This document shows positions 1-9,524 of a DNA stretch of 64,000 nucleotides, piece after piece. Under the pieces are notes generated by a model. The model was not told where the DNA came from. It made no database searches and saw only the letters and a program-made list of their open reading frames with translations. Made by a program: the position numbers and the translations under genes. Position 1 is the stretch's first letter, and each line of letters starts with the position of its first letter. The stretch comes from Candidatus Komeilibacteria bacterium CG11_big_fil_rev_8_21_14_0_20_36_20 (GTDB taxonomy: Bacteria; Patescibacteriota; Patescibacteriia; UBA1558; GWA2-36-10): positions 102,250 to 166,249 of the forward strand of contig PCWQ01000007.1 in assembly GCA_002787405.1 (NCBI GenBank). The letters are read 5' to 3'.

Positions 1-402
1 TTTCAGACATAAACAATTACCGATTTTAATACTGATTTTCTTTTGAGATGACATAATCTTATCGCCAACCTTTAAACGCTCCGGCGCCAAAATATATTGA
101 CGTTCGCCATCTGCATATAAAACCAAAGCAATGTTAGTATTACGATTGGGATCGTATTCTAAAGATTCCACTTTGGCGGCAATATCGAATTTATCTCTTT
201 TAAAATCAATCAACCGGATAAATCTTTTAGCTCCACCACCTTGATGACGAACCGTAATACGTCCTTTGTTGTTGCGACCAGCTTTTTTCTTTTTAATTAC
301 AACTAAAGATTTAACTGGACGCTTTTTGCTCAGATTTTTGTTGACTACCACACTGGTCTGGCGACGAGCTGGTGTAGTTGGTTTGTATACTTTAACCGGC
401 AT
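1..402 (-). CDS. rplB: 50S ribosomal protein L2 (N-terminal part; runs off window)
   Basis: Manual translation from ATG at 402: [15 protein letters not shown]...[16 protein letters not shown]...EYDPNR; follows rplW. Confidence 0.97.
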   Translation of the reverse strand, partial: MPVKVYKPTTPARRQTSVVVNKNLSKKRPVKSLVVIKKKKAGRNNKGRITVRHQGGGAKRFIRLIDFKRDKFDIAAKVESLEYDPNRNTNIALVLYADGERQYILAPERLKVGDKIMSSQKKISIKIGNCLCLK

Positions 403-410
403 AATCTTTA

Positions 411-845
411 TTAAATACCTTCATATAATTTAATTGTTTCCCCTTTTTTCAAGGTGACAATAGCTTTCTTCCTATTTTTTGTAGAACCGAGATAACGACC
501 AAAACGAACTCTCTCCCCTTCTTTGTTAATAATATTTACTGCCTGGGGGACAACACCATATAACTCTTCTATGGCCTTTTTGACTTCAACTTTATTGGCT
601 CGGGGAGAAACCTCAAAAACATACTTGTTTAGAGAAACCCCAATAGTGGCTTTTTCTGAAATAATCGGCTTTAATAAAACTCGGTATGCCTTAACGGTTT
701 TAACTGGTTTACTTGGCTGAACTACTGGAGGGAGGGATTGTTTTGTGTCCTTCCTTTTTTCTTCTTTTTTCGCCTTCAAAACAACGGGTACGGCTGACTG
801 ATCCTTCTTTTTTTCTTCTTTAATTTTTCGGCTAAAAATACCCAT
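411..845 (-). CDS. rplW: 50S ribosomal protein L23 with ~50-aa Lys-rich N-terminal extension
   Basis: PIISEKA...YVFEV...[11 protein letters not shown]...[10 protein letters not shown]; S10 operon order. Confidence 0.95.
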   Translation of the reverse strand: MGIFSRKIKEEKKKDQSAVPVVLKAKKEEKRKDTKQSLPPVVQPSKPVKTVKAYRVLLKPIISEKATIGVSLNKYVFEVSPRANKVEVKKAIEELYGVVPQAVNIINKEGERVRFGRYLGSTKNRKKAIVTLKKGETIKLYEGI

Positions 846-849
846 ATAT

Positions 850-1485
850 TTATAAATAAAATTCTTGAAGTTTTTTAACTAATTCTTTATTAATCACTAA
901 GTATCTGCTCTTTAATAAATCAACTACATTAAGACTGTTATAACCAATCGTCTTGATTTTAGATAAATTACGAGCGGCTAAAACTATACTATCTTTGGCG
1001 CCCTTAGTAACAATCAAAACTTTCTGGTCGCCTATTTTTAATTTATCTAATGTTTGCTTTAAAATTTTAGTCTTAGCAGCCGGTAAATTATATGTATCAA
1101 ATAAAATCAAATTTTTATTAGTTACCTTGTCACTTAAGACCATCTTTAAAGCTTGGGATTTAATTTTTTTATTAATTTTAATTGAAAAATTACGTTCCGC
1201 AGTTGGTCCAAAAGTCACTCCACCACCAACCCACAAAGGAGAACGAATGGATCCATGACGGGCTCGTCCAGTGCCCTTCTGTCGCCACGGCTTACGGCCA
1301 CCACCTCGCACATCTGCTCGGCCTTTAGTATGAGCAATGGGCTTTCTAGCATTAGCTTGTTGGGCCACCACGACATTATGTACCACTTCTGGCTTAACCG
1401 AAATTCCAAATAACTTAGGATCTAAAACTTCTTCTCCTAATTCCTGACCCTGAAAATTATATAATTTTATCTTAATCTCTGCCAT
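850..1485 (-). CDS. rplD: 50S ribosomal protein L4
   Basis: RGGGRKPWRQKGTGRARHGSIRSP motif. Confidence 0.98.
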   Translation of the reverse strand: MAEIKIKLYNFQGQELGEEVLDPKLFGISVKPEVVHNVVVAQQANARKPIAHTKGRADVRGGGRKPWRQKGTGRARHGSIRSPLWVGGGVTFGPTAERNFSIKINKKIKSQALKMVLSDKVTNKNLILFDTYNLPAAKTKILKQTLDKLKIGDQKVLIVTKGAKDSIVLAARNLSKIKTIGYNSLNVVDLLKSRYLVINKELVKKLQEFYL

Positions 1486-1486
1486 A

Positions 1487-2263
1487 TTATTTAGTCTGCT
1501 CTTCTTTTTTATCTTTCTCTTCTTTATTTTCTTCTGATACTTTTTCTGTTTTCTCTACTGACTGCTTAGCATCCTTCTCATCCTCATCGGTATTTTTTAT
1601 TTCTTTTTTATCCTCCAACTTAGCTTCAGTATTAGCAGGATCAATAAACTGTAAATCACCATCAGTTATAATACTAACTAAAGTATTTCTAGCACCAGCC
1701 ACTGCCCCCTTGATATATAATAAATGATTTTTTTCATCTGCTTCAATCAATTCTAAATTACTCAAAGTGACTTTTTGTCCTCCCATACGACCAGCCATTC
1801 TAGTGCCTTTAAAAACTCTAGCTGCATCAGTAGCGCCGATTGAACCAGGCATCCTTAATTGATCTTTATGACCATGAGTAGCTGGCGATCCGTGAAAACC
1901 ATGTCTTCTAACCACACCTTGAAAACCTTTGCCTTTAGCTATAGCTGCTACTTTCAATTTATCACCTGGTTTAAAACTGGTAACATCAAAAATCTGACCA
2001 CGTTTTATATTATCAGTAGAAGTAACTCTAAATTCACGCACATATCTAAAATTACTTAATCCTTTCAAATGTCCCTGCAAAGATTTACTTAATTTACTTT
2101 TCTGACCAAAACCAATCTGCACGGCTTGATAGCCATCTTTTTTTCCTTTTACTTGAGTTACTGTACAAGGACCAGCTTTAACAACGGTCACTGGAACAAC
2201 TAATCCGTTTTCTAGAAACTTCTGGGTCATATTCAGTTTTACGCCTAAAATAAACTTGGCCAT
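1487..2263 (-). CDS. rplC: 50S ribosomal protein L3 with charged C-terminal tail
   Basis: GKGFQGVVRRH...PGSIG...RVFKGTRMAGRMG. Confidence 0.98.
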   Translation of the reverse strand: MAKFILGVKLNMTQKFLENGLVVPVTVVKAGPCTVTQVKGKKDGYQAVQIGFGQKSKLSKSLQGHLKGLSNFRYVREFRVTSTDNIKRGQIFDVTSFKPGDKLKVAAIAKGKGFQGVVRRHGFHGSPATHGHKDQLRMPGSIGATDAARVFKGTRMAGRMGGQKVTLSNLELIEADEKNHLLYIKGAVAGARNTLVSIITDGDLQFIDPANTEAKLEDKKEIKNTDEDEKDAKQSVEKTEKVSEENKEEKDKKEEQTK

Positions 2264-2290
2264 ATATTAACTATCTACTATCAACTATTT

Positions 2291-2402
2291 AAAAATCGCA
2301 ATTTTGCTCTCAAAAATTTTAAGGACAAAATCGCGACTACTAGCATACTAGTTCATTAATAGTTTAATTATGAATTATAATTTAGCAATCTTTTCCTTAA
2401 AA
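2291..2402 (-). promoter_or_regulatory. Putative terminator/antiterminator leader upstream of rplC
   Basis: Hairpin 2296-2336 followed by U5 on the minus strand; 2385-2402 is complementary to the hairpin's 5' arm. Confidence 0.55.
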
Positions 2403-2511
2403 TAGATTATCTACTTACACACTTCCTCGCTAAAGGGTTATATAAATAAATAAAATATTCTTATAATTTATTCCGCCAAAAGCAGCTTATCTGCTAGCTT
2501 CTAGCTGAAAT

Positions 2512-2835
2512 CTACATTTTAATTTCTACATCCACTCCAGCTGGTAAATTTAAATTCATCAAAGCGTCAACTGTCTGAGAAGTAGGATTAATAATATCAA
2601 GCATCCTTTTGTGGACCCTCATCTCATATTGATCACGGGCATTTTTATGAACAAATGTTGATCGTAAAACAGTAAACTTCTTCTTATCAGTTGGTAAAGG
2701 AATAGGACCAATGACTTTAGCATCAGTACGTTGGACTGTTTCAATGATTGTCTTGGTGGATTGATCAATTATCTTATGATCATAAGCCCTGATCTTAATC
2801 CTGATTCTGGACTGAGTTTCTTCTTTTGCTTGCAT
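2512..2835 (-). CDS. rpsJ: 30S ribosomal protein S10 (NusE)
   Basis: [11 protein letters not shown]...GPIPLPT...[10 protein letters not shown]. Confidence 0.98.
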   Translation of the reverse strand: MQAKEETQSRIRIKIRAYDHKIIDQSTKTIIETVQRTDAKVIGPIPLPTDKKKFTVLRSTFVHKNARDQYEMRVHKRMLDIINPTSQTVDALMNLNLPAGVDVEIKM

Positions 2836-2916
2836 GGAGCTTGAAATCTAATTATTAATTTACTTAATTAATTTATATTTAACCCCGCCGCCCAAACGGG
2901 CAAGCGGGGAAAATAT

Positions 2917-4104
2917 TTATTTAATAATCTTAGTGACTACACCAGCGCCGACTGTACGACCGCCTTCGCGAATAGCAAATCTTGATTTTTCTTCTAAAGC
3001 TACCGGCACAATCAATTTAATCTTTAGATTAACCGTATCGCCAGGCATGATCATCTCTGTTCCTTCTGGTAATTCAATTTCGCCAGTTACATCAGTGGTT
3101 CTAATATAAAACTGTGGTTTATAACCTTTAAAGAATGGAGTATGTCGTCCGCCTTCCTCTTTACTTAAAATATATACTTCTGCTTCAAATTCGGTGTGAG
3201 GAGTAATAGTACCCGGTTTGGCTAAAACCTGACCGCGTTCCACATCGTCTTTTTTGGTACCTCTTAATAAAAGACCAGCATTATCACCAGCACGACCTTC
3301 GTCTAATTGTTTATTAAACATTTCAATGCCAGTGACGACGGTCTTAGTGGTATCCTTCAAACCAACCATTTCCACTTCTTCATTTAATTTAACAATACCT
3401 CTTTCAATACGACCGGTAACTACTGTGCCTCGGCCTTCAATGGAAAAGATATCCTCGATTGGCATTAAGAATGGCTGTTCAGTATCACGTTTTGGTTCTG
3501 GAATATATTCATCTAATGCCTTAATTAATTCATCAATTGGTTTGGCGTCATCGCCGGTTGGATTTTCCAAAGCTTTTAAAGCCGATCCTCTGATAATTGG
3601 CACTTCATCTCCCGGAAATTCATATTTCTTTAATAAGTCTCTGATTTCCTCTTCCACTAAATCAACTAATTCAGGATCGTCTACCTGATCCATTTTATTT
3701 AAGAAAACAATAAGATAAGGAACGCCAACTTGACGAGCCAATAAAATATGTTCTCTGGTCTGTGGCATTGGACCATCAGCGGCTGAAACGACTAAAATAG
3801 CGCCATCCATCTGGGCAGCACCAGTAATCATATTTTTAACATAGTCAGCGTGACCCGGACAGTCTACATGAGCGTAATGTCTTTTGTCGCTCTCATATTC
3901 CACATGAGCGGTAGCAATAGTAATGCCGCGCTCTCTTTCTTCTGGAGCATTATCAATCTGATCAACACCTTTTTGTTGAGCAATTTTTCCTTCAGCTACT
4001 AATACCTTTAAGATAGCCGCCGTCAAAGTGGTTTTGCCATGATCAACATGACCAATGGTTCCAACATTGATGTGAGGTTTTTCTCTTTTAAAAACTTCTG
4101 CCAT
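2917..4104 (-). CDS. tuf: Elongation factor Tu (start moved to ATG at 4104, with AGGAG SD upstream)
   Basis: [34 protein letters not shown]. Confidence 0.99.
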   Translation of the reverse strand: MAEVFKREKPHINVGTIGHVDHGKTTLTAAILKVLVAEGKIAQQKGVDQIDNAPEERERGITIATAHVEYESDKRHYAHVDCPGHADYVKNMITGAAQMDGAILVVSAADGPMPQTREHILLARQVGVPYLIVFLNKMDQVDDPELVDLVEEEIRDLLKKYEFPGDEVPIIRGSALKALENPTGDDAKPIDELIKALDEYIPEPKRDTEQPFLMPIEDIFSIEGRGTVVTGRIERGIVKLNEEVEMVGLKDTTKTVVTGIEMFNKQLDEGRAGDNAGLLLRGTKKDDVERGQVLAKPGTITPHTEFEAEVYILSKEEGGRHTPFFKGYKPQFYIRTTDVTGEIELPEGTEMIMPGDTVNLKIKLIVPVALEEKSRFAIREGGRTVGAGVVTKIIK

Positions 4105-4202
4105 TTTTATGTTTCTCCTTTGATAGCGTCCCAATAAACAGGACTTTGTAACCCAACTATCGTGGTTTAATTATTTTTTATTAATCTTATAAAACACAAA
4201 GG

Positions 4203-4231
4203 ATTATAGCATGGATTTATAATTTTGACAA
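4203..4231 (-). promoter_or_regulatory. sigma70-type promoter for tuf
   Basis: TTGTCA-17 bp-TATAAT with TG extension on the minus strand. Confidence 0.65.
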
Positions 4232-4291
4232 GTATTTGTTAAGCTACTTATCAAATTAATTATATTTTAACTAATATTAGCCAAAATATTA

Positions 4292-4684
4292 TTAATCAAG
4301 CGGTTCAATATAATACTTATCATCTTCATCAACTGTGGCTGTATTAACATCAGCTTTCTTATCAGCTCCTAAATTATTTTCAGGAGCTTTATCTTTTACT
4401 TCTACTTTTTCTTTCTTCTTTAAACTTTCCACTTTAAAATCCTCTAAATCATATCCCTCCAGATCATTCTGGGAAGATTTCCAGATGGCAATGTCACGAT
4501 TAATCTTCTCCAATAATTGCTCTTCCGTTAAGTCATTAATTGGTGCAAAACCCTTTAGTAAGGCCTCATATTCCTTAAGTCCCATTAAAACATAAGGGTC
4601 GTGATTCTCAGAAACCACAATAACTTTATCATTGGTTTTAGAGACTAAGTCAAAGACTTGATCTAGCTTTTTGTAGTTAACCAT
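4292..4684 (-). CDS. Hypothetical protein; N-terminus resembles a Phd/YefM antitoxin fold, acidic C-terminus
   Basis: LVSKTNDKVIVVSENHDPYVLMGLKEYEAL resembles the Phd/YefM pattern; own TTGACA-17-TAATAT promoter at ~4707-4735. Confidence 0.55.
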   Translation of the reverse strand: MVNYKKLDQVFDLVSKTNDKVIVVSENHDPYVLMGLKEYEALLKGFAPINDLTEEQLLEKINRDIAIWKSSQNDLEGYDLEDFKVESLKKKEKVEVKDKAPENNLGADKKADVNTATVDEDDKYYIEPLD

Positions 4685-4826
4685 ATTTTTGTCTTAAAGT
4701 GCTGGTATATTAGTAAAAAAATCAGCTTTTGTCAAATTTTTAATTTCTGTTGACATATCATTCAAAATATGTTATTTTACTCTAATTAATCGTAAATTGA
4801 AAAAACCTTTTCAAAGGAGCTAAACA

Positions 4827-5351
4827 ATGAAAAAAATTATCATTGTTTTATCAGTTATGCTATTAATCAACAGTATAGCCATGGCGACAGATATACTTGT
4901 CACCCCAGAAAAATATGCTGAAATTCAAATTCCAACATCGATCACTACTTCAACCGTAATTCATTTTCAATACCAAAATTATAATTACGATGCTATCATT
5001 ATTCTATTTAATGATTGTCCGGATAACGATCTTTTCATCTTATACCAATTATATCCGAACAAAGAGGGCGAGAAGGGAGATTTTACTCGACTAAAAGCCA
5101 CAACTGAAAAAATAATACATTTGTGGCAAGGTAACACTAAAAAAACAGAAGCTGCAAAAGATCAAGATGATAGATTAGGGCAAAGAATTTCGCTATTATC
5201 TCCTAAATGGCCGGAGGAAAATCGCGACAAGTTAGATCAATTAATAGTTGATATGGCTAATTCGCAAGAATTTGAAAACATTTCCGTAAGTATTTTTTTC
5301 AAAAATCTGCCATTTTGGCTAGAAAAAGCCATACTGGCTAAATGCGAATAA
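4827..5351 (+). CDS. Hypothetical exported protein
   Basis: Sec signal peptide MKKIIIVLSVMLLINSIAMA; AAGGAG SD; promoter TTGACA-17-TATTTT at 4750-4778; terminator downstream. Confidence 0.8.
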   Translation: MKKIIIVLSVMLLINSIAMATDILVTPEKYAEIQIPTSITTSTVIHFQYQNYNYDAIIILFNDCPDNDLFILYQLYPNKEGEKGDFTRLKATTEKIIHLWQGNTKKTEAAKDQDDRLGQRISLLSPKWPEENRDKLDQLIVDMANSQEFENISVSIFFKNLPFWLEKAILAKCE

Positions 5352-5360
5352 AAAAAATTT

Positions 5361-5405
5361 AAGGGCCCTGGATAGACAATTTATCCGGGACCTTTTTCGT
5401 TTTTT
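5361..5405 (+). terminator. Rho-independent terminator after the 4827..5351 gene
   Basis: AAGGGCCCTGGATA...TATCCGGGACCTTTTT stem plus T tract. Confidence 0.75.
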
Positions 5406-5439
5406 AAAATGCCCTTTTAAATAAGGTTATTTATTCCCC

Positions 5440-5553
5440 TTGACAAGATTTTAAAAATATGCTATACTTATTTATTAAATAAAAAACCAGCTAAACATTT
5501 ATATTCCAGATATCCCAAAAGCTCTTGACAAAACATTTAATATATGATATACT
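5440..5553 (+). promoter_or_regulatory. Two tandem near-consensus sigma70 promoters
   Basis: TTGACA-17-TATACT at 5440-5468 and again at 5525-5553, both with a TG extended -10. Confidence 0.85.
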
Positions 5554-5559
5554 ACGATA

Positions 5560-6055
5560 TTAAATGAAAAGCACCTAAAAACCCAGTTTAAACCCAGTTA
5601 ATTTATAAAGCGCTGATATGGAGGGGTAGAGAATGAATTATAGAACTGATTGTATAGGGTCTTGGCTCTATGTTTTCAGGGAAATTAATTCAGTTTAATA
5701 ATTCGCTTAGCGAATAAAGTTAAACAACTCGCCTCCAGATCAGTCCTTTGTAAAGGAAAAATTTGGCAATGGCAGCCCTGAGAGGGGACAAGGCTGTGTC
5801 AAAGGCCTGCGAAGGAACCTTTGTCATGGATCTCTAGCGATCCATAGCGGGGCAGATCCGCTCATTGCCAACGAATTTTCGGGGGGTTTTATATAAATTA
5901 TATTTTCATATAAAGTTACTTTATAAAAGATTTTATATAAATCCTACAGCATGAGTACATACTCATGCTCCTATCCGAGTTTATTAACTGATGTTAATAA
6001 ATTCAGCTGGGATAAACCAAAAAGCTGCTTCCTCTGAAGCAGTTTTTTGGTTATC
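5560..6055 (+). ncRNA. Large, highly structured ncRNA candidate of unknown family
   Basis: No long ORF; more than 10 helices found by eye, including a linker-less 5-way junction (5763-5871); bounded by promoters and a terminator. Confidence 0.7.
6011..6055. terminator. Bidirectional terminator between the ncRNA candidate and fusA
   Basis: GATAAACCAAAAAGCTGCTTC-CTCT-GAAGCAGTTTTTTGGTTATC. Confidence 0.85.
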
Positions 6056-6101
6056 TAAATCCCTTCTCACTCCCCCTTGACAGGGGGAGAAAAAATGGAA
6101 A

Positions 6102-8198
6102 TTAATTTTTCTTAATAATTTCTTCAGCAATATTTTTCGGTACCTCCTGATAGCGACTGAACTCCATGCTATAACTGGCCCTGCCTTGCGTCATTGAACG
6201 TAAAGCAGTGGCATAACCAAACATCTCTGACAATGGCACATCAGCATGAATAACTTTAACCCCAGCCCGATCAGTCATTTCAGAAACCTGTCCCCTCTTG
6301 GAATTCAAATCACCAATGACGTCACCCATATATTGTTCCGGGGTCACTGCCTCTATAGACATAATCGGTTCTAAAATAACTGGCTGAGCTCTTCTAAAGG
6401 CCTCTTTAAAAGCCATGGAGCCAGCTACTTTAAAGGCGGCTTCCGAAGAATCAACATCATGATAAGAACCGTCATAGACTATTGCCTTAACATCCTCTAT
6501 TTTATAGCCGGCTAAAACACCATTATCTAGCGTTTCTTTAACGCCTTTTTCAATAGCTGGAATATATTCTTTGGGAATAATACCACCTTTAATTTCATCA
6601 CTAAACTCAAAACCTGTGCCTCTGACTAAGGGTTCAACACGCAGCCAACAATGACCGTATTGTCCCCGACCACCTGATTGCTTGATATATTTTCCTTCAG
6701 CTTCCGCAATAGCAGTAATAGTTTCTTTATAAGCCACCTGAGGAGCGCCGACATTAGCTTCCACTGAGAACTCACGTTTCATGCGATCAACAATAATATC
6801 CAAATGCAACTCGCCCATACCGCCAATAATTATCTGGTTAGTTTCTTCATCGCTACGCACCGTAAAGGTAGGATCTTCTTCTGTTAATTTAGACAAAGCC
6901 ATGCCCATTTTTTCCTGATCAGCTTTAGTCTTTGGCTCTACGGCTACAAAAATAACTGGTTCTGGAAACTGCATGCTTTCCAAAACTACCTGATCTTCAC
7001 TAGCCGCTAAAGTGTGCCCCGTGCTGGTATCTTTAAGACCAACTACAGCCACAATGTCTCCAGTATTGATTTCCTCAACTTCTTCCCGAGCGTTAGCGTG
7101 CATCCGCAAAATACGACCGATTCTTTCTCTTTTATCCTTATTAACATTATAAACATAAGAACCAGATTTCAAAATGCCGGAATAAACTCTAATAAAAGTC
7201 AACTTACCAACATAAGGATCGCTAGCCACTTTAAAAGCCAAAGCTGTGAATGGTTCATTATCATCCGGCTTAACAATAACTTTAGTTTCCTCATCATCCG
7301 GCTTGGTTCCTTCCATAGCCGGCACATCTAAAGGCGATGGCAAATAAGCAGTAATAGCGTCTAACAAAAACTGCACCCCTTTATTTTTTAAAGCGGAACC
7401 ACAAAATACTGGCACAATTTTATTATGAATAACGGCCTGACGCAAAACTTTTTTCAAATCAATAATATCTGGTTCTTCACCATTTAGATATTTCTCCATC
7501 AAAATTTCATCATGCTCAACAATAGCTTCGATCAACTTACCGCGATATTCCTCTACTTTATCTTTTAGATCATCTGGAATATCTCTTTTCTCAAATTGCT
7601 TACCTTCTTCATCCAAATAATACCAAGCTTCTCTCTCTAATAAATTAATAATACCCGCAAAGGTTTCGGCTGCACCAATCGGCAATTGCATCGGATGAGC
7701 GTTTTTGGTCAATCTTTCATCAATAGTTTTTAAATCAAAATAAAAATCAGCACCCATGCGATCCATCTTGTTAACAAAAGCCAAACGCGGCACTTTGTAT
7801 TTATCAGCTTGCCGCCAAACTGTTTCTGATTGCGGCTCAACACCAGCCACACCATCAAAAACAATGACTCCGCCGTCCAAAACACGCAATGAACGCTCTA
7901 CTTCTACAGTAAAGTCAACATGACCGGGAGTATCAATAATATTAATGTTAGCATTTTCACCGGCCAACCAATCTGGTAAAGGCCAAAAACAAGTAGTGGC
8001 CGCTGAAGTAATAGTAATACCTCTTTCTTTCTCTTGAACCATCCAATCCATTTCGGCCTGTCCTTCGTGAACTTCACCAATTTTATGTTTTTTACCAGTA
8101 TAAAAAAGAATTCGCTCGGTTACGGTAGTTTTCCCTGCATCAATATGAGCGATGATTCCAATATTTCTAATTCTTTCTAAAGGATACTGTCTCCCCAT
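6102..8198 (-). CDS. fusA: Elongation factor G
   Basis: [28 protein letters not shown]. Confidence 0.99.
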   Translation of the reverse strand: MGRQYPLERIRNIGIIAHIDAGKTTVTERILFYTGKKHKIGEVHEGQAEMDWMVQEKERGITITSAATTCFWPLPDWLAGENANINIIDTPGHVDFTVEVERSLRVLDGGVIVFDGVAGVEPQSETVWRQADKYKVPRLAFVNKMDRMGADFYFDLKTIDERLTKNAHPMQLPIGAAETFAGIINLLEREAWYYLDEEGKQFEKRDIPDDLKDKVEEYRGKLIEAIVEHDEILMEKYLNGEEPDIIDLKKVLRQAVIHNKIVPVFCGSALKNKGVQFLLDAITAYLPSPLDVPAMEGTKPDDEETKVIVKPDDNEPFTALAFKVASDPYVGKLTFIRVYSGILKSGSYVYNVNKDKRERIGRILRMHANAREEVEEINTGDIVAVVGLKDTSTGHTLAASEDQVVLESMQFPEPVIFVAVEPKTKADQEKMGMALSKLTEEDPTFTVRSDEETNQIIIGGMGELHLDIIVDRMKREFSVEANVGAPQVAYKETITAIAEAEGKYIKQSGGRGQYGHCWLRVEPLVRGTGFEFSDEIKGGIIPKEYIPAIEKGVKETLDNGVLAGYKIEDVKAIVYDGSYHDVDSSEAAFKVAGSMAFKEAFRRAQPVILEPIMSIEAVTPEQYMGDVIGDLNSKRGQVSEMTDRAGVKVIHADVPLSEMFGYATALRSMTQGRASYSMEFSRYQEVPKNIAEEIIKKN

Positions 8199-8227
8199 AA
8201 GGTTAGTTTAAAGTTAAAATTAAAAAT

Positions 8228-8692
8228 TTAAGCAAAATGAGCAAAAGCTTTATTAGATTCTGCCATTCTTTGAATATCTTCTCTCTTCTTCATAGCTTCA
8301 CCTTCACCTTTGGCGGCAGCAATTAATTCCTCACCTAAACGCGCACTCATAGCTGCACCTTTTCGGGATTGAGCGGCCTTAATAAGCCAACGATGAGCTA
8401 AAGTTAATTTTCTGTCTCCAATCACTACAATCGGCACCTGATAATTAGAGCCGCCGATTCTCTTACCTTTAACTTCCAAATTTGGAGAAACATTACGCAT
8501 AGCGGCGTCGTAAATACTAATGGGGTCCTGTTTGGTTTTATTAGAAATATATTCAAAAGCATTATAGACAATACTTTGAGCCACCGTTTTTTTGCCTCGA
8601 CGCATAATCTTATTGATAAATTTAGCAATATCAACCCGATTAAATTTAGGGTCTGGGGTCACTTGTCTTTTTGTAACTGGTTTACCTCTCAT
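8228..8692 (-). CDS. rpsG: 30S ribosomal protein S7
   Basis: RIGGSNYQVP...MAESNKAFAHF. Confidence 0.98.
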   Translation of the reverse strand: MRGKPVTKRQVTPDPKFNRVDIAKFINKIMRRGKKTVAQSIVYNAFEYISNKTKQDPISIYDAAMRNVSPNLEVKGKRIGGSNYQVPIVVIGDRKLTLAHRWLIKAAQSRKGAAMSARLGEELIAAAKGEGEAMKKREDIQRMAESNKAFAHFA

Positions 8693-8700
8693 ATTTAAAA

Positions 8701-9129
8701 TTATTTACTAGCTTTCTTTTCTCTTTTAGTGCCATATAAAGAGCGCCCTTGTTTGCGACTAGATACACCTTGAGTGTCATAAACACCGCGCACAATATGA
8801 TAACGGACACCCGGGAGATCCTTTACTCTGCCTCCGCGAATCAAAACAATGCTATGTTCCTGCAAATTATGCCCCTCCCCTGGAATATAAGCCGTTACTT
8901 CCATACCATTAGAAAGACGCACTCTGGCAATTTTACGCAAAGCAGAGTTCGGTTTTTTAGGAGTAGCAGTAGTCACTTTTAAACAAACACCTCTTTTAAA
9001 AGGAGCTCCTTTCGGCAGGTCTCTCTTCCTTCTCCTCAAATTATTCAAAACCGTCTTTAAGGCAGGCGTACTGCTTTTAGCTTTTGGTTTTTTTCTTGCT
9101 TTTCTTAATAATTGGTTAACTGTTGGCAT
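8701..9129 (-). CDS. rpsL: 30S ribosomal protein S12
   Basis: [11 protein letters not shown]...[13 protein letters not shown]. Confidence 0.99.
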   Translation of the reverse strand: MPTVNQLLRKARKKPKAKSSTPALKTVLNNLRRRKRDLPKGAPFKRGVCLKVTTATPKKPNSALRKIARVRLSNGMEVTAYIPGEGHNLQEHSIVLIRGGRVKDLPGVRYHIVRGVYDTQGVSSRKQGRSLYGTKREKKASK

Positions 9130-9332
9130 ATGTTTACATATAGCCTATGGCTGATGGCTTATGGCAACTTATTTAATAAACTGCAAAGATATATCTAAAT
9201 TAATTATTGGCTATTAGCTATATGCTATTAGCCAACTAAGTCCTCAATAAAATAACATAAAAAAATACAACCGTCAACCTTAAACCAGTCGCTAACGCTC
9301 CAGTTCAGGGTTGAGCTATTCTTTTCATTTTA

Positions 9333-9470
9333 AAGAAATACCCTAGAACTTGCGTTCCAGGGTATTATTTACGTGATATAACATGGTTATAACCTTAAGC
9401 CGTTAAGGCTTTAGCGCTTTATGATTCCTCATGAGGATTATTCAGGTAAAATCAAAGGACTTTACAGTAT
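9333..9470 (-). ncRNA. Small RNA candidate (~140 nt) between prs and the rpsL promoter
   Basis: TTGACA at 9498-9503 plus TATAGT; three short hairpins; terminator AATACCCTGGAAC-GCAA-GTTCTAGGGTATT. Confidence 0.4.
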
Positions 9471-9524
9471 TGTCTACTATATACTATCTAAAAAATTTGT
9501 CAAGTCCGGCAGATAAACTTGGGT

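Noticed and set aside
5560-6055. RNase P, tmRNA, SRP or self-splicing intron identity for the large RNA
   Set aside because: No GAGGAAAGUCC/GGCUUA, no tRNA-like ends or T-arm, and no intron core seen. The AGGAAGCAGC on the minus strand is just part of the terminator stem.
9138-9235. Heptamer repeats (GCCATAA/GCTAATA-like) in the rpsL leader
   Set aside because: Short, degenerate, low-copy; no function can be inferred from the sequence.
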